Shown piece by piece: positions 57,240 to 64,000 of a DNA stretch of 64,000 nucleotides. How positions within the stretch are numbered: the stretch's first letter is position 1; each line of letters starts with the position of its first letter. Both the position numbers and the translations under genes were made by a program. The notes beneath the pieces are model-generated. The model was not told the origin of the DNA. It searched no databases and saw only the letters and a list, made by a program, of their open reading frames with translations. The DNA is from a virus (Duplodnaviria; Caudoviricetes). Location of the stretch: positions 1-64,000 of the IMG/VR virus record IMGVR_UViG_3300012983_000001; one strand, 5' to 3'.

Positions 57240-57848
57240 ATGGACCAGAATTTAACTCAGCAACCGCAACAGGTTGTAGTTGCACAGCCTGTTATGTTTA
57301 ATCCAGCAGTACCACAACGCACATACACAAACCCTCAATGGAGCATTAAGGAAGATTGGTATACTCAACAGTGTAACAGTATTCAGTTATCTGACAGTCC
57401 TACACCAGCACAGATTCAGCAAGCTGCGTTACAGATTGACACATTGCTTACAGTGGCTCGTATTGATTATGCATTTGTTAGTCAGATGTATGATAGATAC
57501 AGTATGCAACTTAAGATTGAGGAAAAGCGTAACTTCGTTGACTTGAAGATTTCTCCGCCAACTACTTACAATACATTGAAGTTAACTGTTGACGAGATGA
57601 AGGGCGTTGTAACATCTGTTATTCAGAAGAACCCATGGGCAGGAACCAAATATTCATTGTATGAGCTTGTAGAAATGTCCAGCGGTAGAAACATCTTCAT
57701 GGAAGCAATCATTAAGATTCTTCAGGACAAGAAGGATTTGCTGATTACTCACAGCGGTATGCTTAAGATTGAAAACAGCTTAAGTGGTATGCAGTCTAAT
57801 GCACCAACTACACCACGTCACGGTTATAATAATGCAATGGAGGAATAA
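57240..57848 (+). CDS. Hypothetical helical protein
   Basis: AGGAGG RBS. Confidence 0.8.
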   Translation: MDQNLTQQPQQVVVAQPVMFNPAVPQRTYTNPQWSIKEDWYTQQCNSIQLSDSPTPAQIQQAALQIDTLLTVARIDYAFVSQMYDRYSMQLKIEEKRNFVDLKISPPTTYNTLKLTVDEMKGVVTSVIQKNPWAGTKYSLYELVEMSSGRNIFMEAIIKILQDKKDLLITHSGMLKIENSLSGMQSNAPTTPRHGYNNAMEE

Positions 57849-57851
57849 GAC

Positions 57852-58418
57852 ATGAGTTGTGCATATGAAAGTTCTTGTATGAACTACGGCAAGTGTTTCC
57901 GCTGCACAAACGAAAGTCTTTTGAAACTCAAGGGACAGAAAGGCCAGCGGAAAACCGCTGGTCTTTTTAGTACTCATGATAATAAAACAGCTCAGGCTGA
58001 AGATTCATGGAAAGACCTAGAACAACAAGTAGCGGATAAATTAAACAACATCCCGACCATGCAGGAAGCAAGACGCAGTCGAGCGTCTGGAGCCTTATGG
58101 TTTGAGAAGGGTGATATTGTTGACCGAATTCTCCATCCAGAATGTAAGGAACGTAAAGGTAATGAATTGAAGTCTGGCGAAAAATCTATCTCTATTAAGA
58201 GAGAATGGCTTGAAAAAGCCGCTGACGAATGTAAATTCGAAGACAAAACAATGTGTCTGCCATTCAGGTTCAAAGGCGACGAGAATATTTATTGCATCTT
58301 TAGGAACGACGATATCGCAGAGCTCATCACTATAATGAAAGCTTATATGCTAGATAACGAACTGAAGGACCAGGAAATAGCCAGACTAAAAACCATTATT
58401 GAAAGAAAGGAGAGTTAA
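57852..58418 (+). CDS. PD-(D/E)xK nuclease, Holliday-junction-resolvase-like
   Basis: E..VA...SGALWFEKGDI...ECK...SISIKREWLEK. Confidence 0.75.
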   Translation: MSCAYESSCMNYGKCFRCTNESLLKLKGQKGQRKTAGLFSTHDNKTAQAEDSWKDLEQQVADKLNNIPTMQEARRSRASGALWFEKGDIVDRILHPECKERKGNELKSGEKSISIKREWLEKAADECKFEDKTMCLPFRFKGDENIYCIFRNDDIAELITIMKAYMLDNELKDQEIARLKTIIERKES

Positions 58419-58419
58419 A

Positions 58420-59739
58420 ATGCCTCGTAAACCCGAATATGAAAAAGAGTTGCTTGCGTTAATCAAGCAACCACAAGGGACAGCTAATGCAGATGAGAAT
58501 GGCCAAGATACCCTTTCTCTTGTTAAAGAAATTATAACAGAGTATACTGACCCAGAAACAAATCAAACAAGTGCTGAGACACTGTATGTGTATCATAATC
58601 GTAAGAATGGTGGCATATATATTCCTGTTCAGAACATGCTGAAAAACTATCTTCATGCATCTATGGAAAATAAGAAGCTGTTTTCGCTTGCATATCCACG
58701 TATCATGTATGTGCGTTTGGAACATGATTATCGTAAGGATATGCAAAGCAAGACATTGCAACTTATGATATCTATTGATGGAATACAGGAATTTGTAAAC
58801 TCAAAACTACTTTGTAGCCGTCAGGCAAAAAAGGAAGAATTGTACGCATTACTCACTGAAACCATGAAGTCAATACATATTGTGCCTGTGTTGACAAATC
58901 CTGGTATAATGACTGAAAGTGGTGTGCAAGATATCTTAACAGTAAAGACCAGTGAAACTGTGACAAGTATATTACCAACAGATTTCGCAGCGCCACAAGA
59001 AGAAACATCGGCAATTCAGCAACCAGAAGAAACTTCAGAAGAACCAGCAACAGAAGAAGTTGCGACTGAACAAACATCAGAAGACGACTTACATGTCGAC
59101 ACAATGCTTCTTGGAATACCAAGTAAGTATATAGAAAGCCATGTTAAACCAATGGTAGAAATGATTCAGGCATGTTGTAATGCTGAAAGTACAGTACAGA
59201 ATCAAGCTAATGAAGTCGAATATTTAAGGTCAGAGAATCAAAGATTGCAGAAAGAGCTGGATGAAGTACTTAAAACACGTGCTTCAAGTAAACATATTAC
59301 ACATGCTGATACTGCTGGTGTTTTTGATGACATTGCAAAATTAAGTCACCATTGCCAGCATATACAGACTATTGTAGGTGATACTATACGTATATGGATT
59401 AATCTTGAAAAAGGTGTTGTGAATCAGCACGACACTGATGCACAGCAACAAACAAATCTTATATATGATGAGCTTGCAGTAATCATTGGACAAAGAGTGT
59501 ATAAGACTCAGGGATATGCAGGTTCTACATTAAACTATATTGTTACACAAACCAACTACGCTGTTGAGCTTCTACAAGCATGTTATCAAGTATTTGAGAG
59601 ACAAGGTTGTTTGAAGTATTTACTGATAGCTATTAAGGATTGTTTTAAGCTTAAATATTTAAACACTTCCATATACTATCTGAATCGGATGTTAAAGAAA
59701 CTGGATACTCCAATCCCGTTATTAAAAGACGAAGAATGA
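58420..59739 (+). CDS. Hypothetical protein
   Basis: AAAGGAG RBS; acidic linker and coiled coil. Confidence 0.8.
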   Translation: MPRKPEYEKELLALIKQPQGTANADENGQDTLSLVKEIITEYTDPETNQTSAETLYVYHNRKNGGIYIPVQNMLKNYLHASMENKKLFSLAYPRIMYVRLEHDYRKDMQSKTLQLMISIDGIQEFVNSKLLCSRQAKKEELYALLTETMKSIHIVPVLTNPGIMTESGVQDILTVKTSETVTSILPTDFAAPQEETSAIQQPEETSEEPATEEVATEQTSEDDLHVDTMLLGIPSKYIESHVKPMVEMIQACCNAESTVQNQANEVEYLRSENQRLQKELDEVLKTRASSKHITHADTAGVFDDIAKLSHHCQHIQTIVGDTIRIWINLEKGVVNQHDTDAQQQTNLIYDELAVIIGQRVYKTQGYAGSTLNYIVTQTNYAVELLQACYQVFERQGCLKYLLIAIKDCFKLKYLNTSIYYLNRMLKKLDTPIPLLKDEE

Positions 59740-59748
59740 GGTGAATAA

Positions 59749-60933
59749 ATGAGTTACACTGCACTATATCGTAAGTACAGACCAACAGTCTTTGATGATG
59801 TACATGGGCAGTCCGCTATAGTGCAGACTCTCAAGAATCAGATTACATCTCATAGAATTGCACATGCTTACTTGTTTAGTGGCCCACGAGGAACTGGTAA
59901 GACCAGTATTGCAAAAATTTTTGCAAAAGCCATTAACTGTAAGTCGCCCGTAAATGGCAGTCCATGTTTACAATGTGAATGTTGTCAAATGAATAATACA
60001 GATGTTGTCGAGATAGATGCTGCATCAAATAACGGCGTGGACCATATACGAGAACTAATCGAGGAATCAAAGTATATGCCACAGCATGGACAATACAAAG
60101 TCTATATTATAGACGAAGTACACATGTTATCTTCTAGTGCCTTTAATGCCTTATTGAAGACATTAGAAGAGCCGCCAGCACATGTTGTATTTATCCTGGC
60201 TACAACTGAAGATTACAAAGTGCCTGCCACGATTACTTCACGCTGTCAGCGTTATACTTTTAGGTTGATTAACGACGTAGGTATCGTACAGGCATTACAG
60301 CAGGTTCTTATTCAGGAAAATATAGAATGGGAAACTGACGCTGCATTGTTGCATATTGCCAAGCTTGCACATGGAGGTCTAAGAGATGCCTTGAGTCTCT
60401 TAGACCAATGTGTAACGTTTGCCAATGGAAAAATTACCTTGGCATTAGTTAAAGAAGTGTTTGGAGAAATTGAGAATACAACACTTACTTGCATGGCAAA
60501 TGCAATTCAAACTAAGGACGTTACACAGTTGTTAGATATTATTGCCGAAGAAGAACAAAGTGGCAAATCACTAGCAAAGATATGTGTTGACTTATATGAA
60601 TACTATCGCGATATATACTTCAGCAATCCAGATGCAGATACAATAATTTATCAAAGATATATGAAAATTCTTGCTGAATTATCTGAGAAAATGAGGTATA
60701 ATAATAATCGTAGTATGTTCGAAATAGAAATAATTAAGATGTGTACTCCACAAATGGAAACGGATTATTCAGCATTGTACCATCGAATACAGCAACTGGA
60801 AAACATTGTTGAAAGATTATTAAATAATCAGCCAGTGTGTTATCAAAAGCCAGAGCCTGTTGATGAAAGTGAATTCATTTCATTTTGTGTTAAAGCACCG
60901 TATCATGTTTCTACAGAACTGTATTATATCTAA
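59749..60933 (+). CDS. dnaX: DNA polymerase III gamma/tau clamp-loader subunit
   Basis: ALYRKYRP..F, GPRGTGKTS, EIDAASN, IIDEVHML, ALLKTLEEPP, SRCQ. Confidence 0.97.
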   Translation: MSYTALYRKYRPTVFDDVHGQSAIVQTLKNQITSHRIAHAYLFSGPRGTGKTSIAKIFAKAINCKSPVNGSPCLQCECCQMNNTDVVEIDAASNNGVDHIRELIEESKYMPQHGQYKVYIIDEVHMLSSSAFNALLKTLEEPPAHVVFILATTEDYKVPATITSRCQRYTFRLINDVGIVQALQQVLIQENIEWETDAALLHIAKLAHGGLRDALSLLDQCVTFANGKITLALVKEVFGEIENTTLTCMANAIQTKDVTQLLDIIAEEEQSGKSLAKICVDLYEYYRDIYFSNPDADTIIYQRYMKILAELSEKMRYNNNRSMFEIEIIKMCTPQMETDYSALYHRIQQLENIVERLLNNQPVCYQKPEPVDESEFISFCVKAPYHVSTELYYI

Positions 60934-60945
60934 AGGAGGATTAAG

Positions 60946-61410
60946 ATGAGCAACAGTATTAAGTTGAGCCCTAAACATGGGGTAAATCCAACCATGCCAG
61001 TTTGTTTCTGGTGCGGACAACCGAAAAACGAGATTGCACTGTTAGGTAAGCTTCCAGATGATGCGGAAGCACCAAAACATATCATTATGGACTATGAGCC
61101 ATGTGATGCATGTCGTGAAATCTTTGGTAAAGGTATTCATGTAATTGGTGTTACTGAAAAGCCAATGGTTCCTAACATGTTCCCGATTGTTAGTGACGAA
61201 CACAACACCCTTTACCCAAGTGGTTCTATGTTTGTTGCACGACCAGAATGGGCAGAAAGATTTCTTACTGCCAATGACCAGCAGGATATGGTTACGGATG
61301 TCTTAGAAAAGAAAGCCTTGTTGTTACCAGATGAAATCGTAAATGAAATCATTAAGGACGCTAAGGCAGTAGAAGAAAGCGAAGGAGGACAGGACAATGC
61401 AGATAATTAA
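60946..61410 (+). CDS. Conserved phage zinc-binding protein
   Basis: LSPKHGVNP..CFWCG...YEPCDAC. Confidence 0.8.
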   Translation: MSNSIKLSPKHGVNPTMPVCFWCGQPKNEIALLGKLPDDAEAPKHIIMDYEPCDACREIFGKGIHVIGVTEKPMVPNMFPIVSDEHNTLYPSGSMFVARPEWAERFLTANDQQDMVTDVLEKKALLLPDEIVNEIIKDAKAVEESEGGQDNADN

Positions 61411-62482
61411 TGCAGGTTATCAGCTCATTGAAGAGCCAAACGTGACAAAGAAAATCGAACGTGTTGCTCGTGTATGCTACAAGTCCGAAGATAAAATCGG
61501 TGAAGGTACCGACCTTAAAATGGTAAACGCTCTGATTGAGCGTCAGCATACTGCAATGCTTGAACATGCAGATGTTGCTCTGGTAGTTACAGGTGCAGAT
61601 TATAACTTTATGAAGAAAGTTGCTGAGACAATGGCGACACAGTGTCATAGCGAATCTACACCAAGACCTTGTTATTTACGGATGACTTATCATTCTGCTC
61701 AGGAACCATATGATGGTATCTCAAGCTATGGCCAAAGATACGTAGTCTCTGGTAACATTAGAGCTTGGCATGATTACTTTGATTTTGCAACTGCATATGG
61801 CTATGGTATTCAGAAGCCAGTATTTGACCTGGTAAACGAAGCAGCTAACCATATCTTTGATAAGTTTGCCGATGGTGTTGGCGTAGCAGATGGAGTAGCT
61901 CATTACTTTAAGAATGACACTCCAGATGCAAGACTTGTCAAAGATTATAGCACCTTGTCAGACGCAGAACGCATGGTGCATGAAACCCTTAGCATCCTGT
62001 TTACTGTAGACCGTGGCGTTACTCATGAACTGGTTCGTCATAGACCTGTAAGTTTCGCTCAGGAGTCTACTCGTTATTGTAATTACTCTTTAGGTAAGTA
62101 TAATAACGAAATTACTGTTATTGAGCCTTGTTTCTTTGCACGTCCAGAAGGCGGCGATTATGATGCTGAAGCATGGGCTGAAACTTATGGCGCATGGAGA
62201 CATGCGTGTGAGGAAGCTGAAAGAATGTACTTCCGTCTGTTAGAAGCAAAGGCAACTCCGCAACAGGCAAGAGATGTATTGCCAACATCGGTTAAGGCAG
62301 ATATCGTAATGACTGCCAATCTTTGCGAGTGGAAGCATATTTTCGCATTAAGAGCATGTGATTCTACTGGTCCAGCACATCCGCAGATGGCTGAAGTAAT
62401 GCGTCCATGCCTGAAGGAATTAAAGTCTAGCAAGTATGCATTTGCGTTCAAAGATTTGATAACGCCTGACGAAGTTATTTAA
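61397..62482 (+). CDS. thyX: FAD-dependent thymidylate synthase
   Basis: HTAMLEH, THELVRHR..SFAQESTRY, ARDVLP, AHPQM. Confidence 0.95.
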   Translation: MQIINAGYQLIEEPNVTKKIERVARVCYKSEDKIGEGTDLKMVNALIERQHTAMLEHADVALVVTGADYNFMKKVAETMATQCHSESTPRPCYLRMTYHSAQEPYDGISSYGQRYVVSGNIRAWHDYFDFATAYGYGIQKPVFDLVNEAANHIFDKFADGVGVADGVAHYFKNDTPDARLVKDYSTLSDAERMVHETLSILFTVDRGVTHELVRHRPVSFAQESTRYCNYSLGKYNNEITVIEPCFFARPEGGDYDAEAWAETYGAWRHACEEAERMYFRLLEAKATPQQARDVLPTSVKADIVMTANLCEWKHIFALRACDSTGPAHPQMAEVMRPCLKELKSSKYAFAFKDLITPDEVI

Positions 62483-62487
62483 TCTAC

Positions 62488-62516
62488 TTGAATTCTCTGT
62501 CTATTTGTGATACTCT
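62488..62516 (+). promoter_or_regulatory. Possible sigmaA promoter for spoVG
   Basis: TTGAAT-17 nt-TACTCT with extended TG. Confidence 0.5.
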
Positions 62517-62546
62517 TATAGTATCATAATAAAGGAGGACGCAGCT

Positions 62547-62816
62547 ATGAACATCACAGATGTACGGGTTAGACCTGTAGAGAAGGAAGACAGCAAGATG
62601 AAAGCTGTAGCTTCAATTACTATTGATGGCGAATTTGTAGTTCATGACATCAAGGTTATCGAAAGCGACAAGGGCTTATTCATTGCAATGCCTTCTAAGA
62701 AGGATGGTAACGGCGAGTACAAGGACATCGCTCATCCTATCAACACAGCTACCAGAACACGTATCCAGGATGCAGTACTTGCTAAGTACGAAGAAGTCGT
62801 TGGCGATACCGAATAA
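62547..62816 (+). CDS. spoVG: SpoVG nucleic-acid-binding regulator
   Basis: MNITDVRVR...[20 protein letters not shown]...GLFIAMPS...YKDIAHPIN. Confidence 0.97.
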   Translation: MNITDVRVRPVEKEDSKMKAVASITIDGEFVVHDIKVIESDKGLFIAMPSKKDGNGEYKDIAHPINTATRTRIQDAVLAKYEEVVGDTE

Positions 62817-62830
62817 GAAGGTAGTTACAT

Positions 62831-62867
62831 ACACCCGCTTATCGTAAGGATAGGCGGGTGTGTTTTT
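62831..62867 (+). terminator. Intrinsic terminator after spoVG
   Basis: ACACCCGCTTA/TAGGCGGGTGT then TTTTT. Confidence 0.75.
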
Positions 62868-62883
62868 ATTTAAGGAGGTAGAA

Positions 62884-63312
62884 ATGAATCCGTTTTATTA
62901 CATACAGGAAATGAAACAAACACTTGAAGCAAAGAAACAGGAAGTTGCTGGCACTCCAACTCGTATATCAGCAGAACAACACTATCAGGAAATGCTTAAC
63001 ATGTTGAATATCTTAGACATGGAAATGCAGGAAGCAGAATATCATTACCAAGTTGAAGCTGTAGACCATAGTGTCAGAACCTTTGATGAGCTTACTGTGT
63101 TACAGAAAGAGTTAACTGAAGAGGTAATCATTTTCCAGCCGATTGCTATTGGTGAAGCCGAACTGTCCGCAGTGGACATGCAAAGCTTAGCTGAAGTACT
63201 TACTCAGTTGCGTGATAACGGTACGATTAAAGAGAACATGTTGTTGTTGCCACCAAACATCAATGTATTCAGGGCTAAGCTTGCACCATTAAATGCTGAA
63301 GATGAAGAATAA
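62884..63312 (+). CDS. Hypothetical protein
   Basis: AAGGAGG RBS. Confidence 0.75.
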   Translation: MNPFYYIQEMKQTLEAKKQEVAGTPTRISAEQHYQEMLNMLNILDMEMQEAEYHYQVEAVDHSVRTFDELTVLQKELTEEVIIFQPIAIGEAELSAVDMQSLAEVLTQLRDNGTIKENMLLLPPNINVFRAKLAPLNAEDEE

Positions 63313-63355
63313 AATGTAACATATTGTTGCAAAATATATTGTCATGTGGTATAAT
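63312..63355 (+). promoter_or_regulatory. sigmaA promoter with upstream AAATGTAACAT box
   Basis: TTGCAA(63327)-17 nt-TATAAT(63350), extended TG. Confidence 0.75.
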
Positions 63356-63389
63356 ATAACTATCTTAAACAGAAAGGTAGTGTATAACC

Positions 63390-63545
63390 ATGACAGAACC
63401 AGAAGTAGTAAACAACAACAGAAAATGCCCAGTATGTGGGTCTGATACTAAGAGAAATAGCTCAGATAGCCCTCACGATATTTGCAAAGAGGAGCATACC
63501 TGTGTTAATCAGCAATGTGCAGTGTCGGTAATCTTTAGAAACTAA
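63390..63545 (+). CDS. Small zinc-ribbon protein (51 aa)
   Basis: AAAGG RBS; CPVCG...CVNQQC. Confidence 0.55.
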   Translation: MTEPEVVNNNRKCPVCGSDTKRNSSDSPHDICKEEHTCVNQQCAVSVIFRN

Positions 63546-63592
63546 GAAACACCCAGGTAACCCCTGGGTTGTTTTCATGTAAGGAGAAGGAT

Positions 63593-63760
63593 ATGAAACA
63601 GCCAAAGAAATTGATTCGAAGCCAAAAAGAGGTCTTAAAGAAGAATGGTCTGGATTGGAATAACTATATGTTATTAACCGAAGATAAAGACACATTCACA
63701 GTGATAGCGAAGAATGCAGATGAGCATGGTTATAGAGAACAGTTAACCTATGCGAAATAA
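63593..63760 (+). CDS. Small conserved phage protein
   Basis: MKQPKKL.RSQK..L.K.GL...NY motif; AAGGAG RBS. Confidence 0.7.
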   Translation: MKQPKKLIRSQKEVLKKNGLDWNNYMLLTEDKDTFTVIAKNADEHGYREQLTYAK

Positions 63761-63765
63761 GAATA

Positions 63766-63800
63766 ACTCCCCCCGTAGCGATTTGTGCTACGGGGGGAGT
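63766..63800. terminator. Bidirectional terminator between convergent genes
   Basis: ACTCCCCCCGTAGC/GCTACGGGGGGAGT perfect stem. Confidence 0.8.
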
Positions 63801-63806
63801 GGTCTT

Positions 63807-63998
63807 TTACTCTTCTATTTGTTCTTTTTTCTGCTTAGCAACTTCTGCCTCAGCCAGAATACGTTTCATTTCTGTAAGAGCGTCTTCAATGAGTGTTTTC
63901 AGTGCTTTCTCTGAAATGAAAAACGTGATAATCGGGAACTGGGTCTTCAGATAAGTATAAACTTCAGCAAACTTAATCTGGCCTGTCTTAGAGCCCCA
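63807..63998 (-). CDS. Partial holin-like protein (C-terminus only)
   Basis: Open frame runs off the window: WGSKTGQIKFAEVYTYLKTQFP...FIS...LIEDALTEMK, like LL-H-type holin C-termini. Confidence 0.55.
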   Translation of the reverse strand, partial: WGSKTGQIKFAEVYTYLKTQFPIITFFISEKALKTLIEDALTEMKRILAEAEVAKQKKEQIEE

Positions 63999-64000
63999 GG

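Noticed and set aside
1467-63695. Numerous minus-strand ORFs in the six-frame track
   Set aside because: They are shadows of well-supported plus-strand genes, without RBS or recognisable motifs.
1-63760. Alternative genetic code (stop reassignment), common in large gut phages
   Set aside because: Conserved genes are full length in code 11, TAG/TGA/TAA all end genes right before the next RBS, and no suppressor tRNA is evident.

Overview
A 64-kb, almost entirely + strand stretch of a large (jumbo-type) phage or phage-like element, most likely from a Clostridia/Lachnospiraceae-type Firmicute host (sigmaA promoters, strong AGGAGG sites, SpoVG, HU). No capsid or tail genes are present. It holds two tRNA clusters (Ile, Asn, Glu, iMet, Lys; Gln, Pro and a tRNA-like RNA with a large insert), many small hypothetical genes, and a bacterial-type replication/recombination module (DnaE, DnaN, DnaX, DnaG, SSB, RecA, frameshifted PcrA, rearranged SbcCD, annealase, resolvase-like nuclease, SNF2 helicase). 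Auxiliary genes include Def, GroES, ThyX, SpoVG, a MoxR/VWA pair, a radical SAM protein, a lytic transglycosylase and a Tad1 anti-Thoeris sponge; a partial holin-like gene lies on the - strand at the right edge. The standout is 3245-5810: a stand-alone RAMP/Cas7-like gene directly downstream of an ~865-nt non-coding array. The array has four stem-enclosed cassettes and seven tracts built from a 5-nt code (variable NN + semi-constant A/T/G-C/T-A), and two accessory genes flank the unit. This looks like a non-CRISPR, RNA-guided system with a gapped guide code (VIPR-like architecture, different repeat motif). A second unexplained triple-repeat non-coding region lies at 6627-7080. All protein calls come from motif recognition by eye, not database searches.
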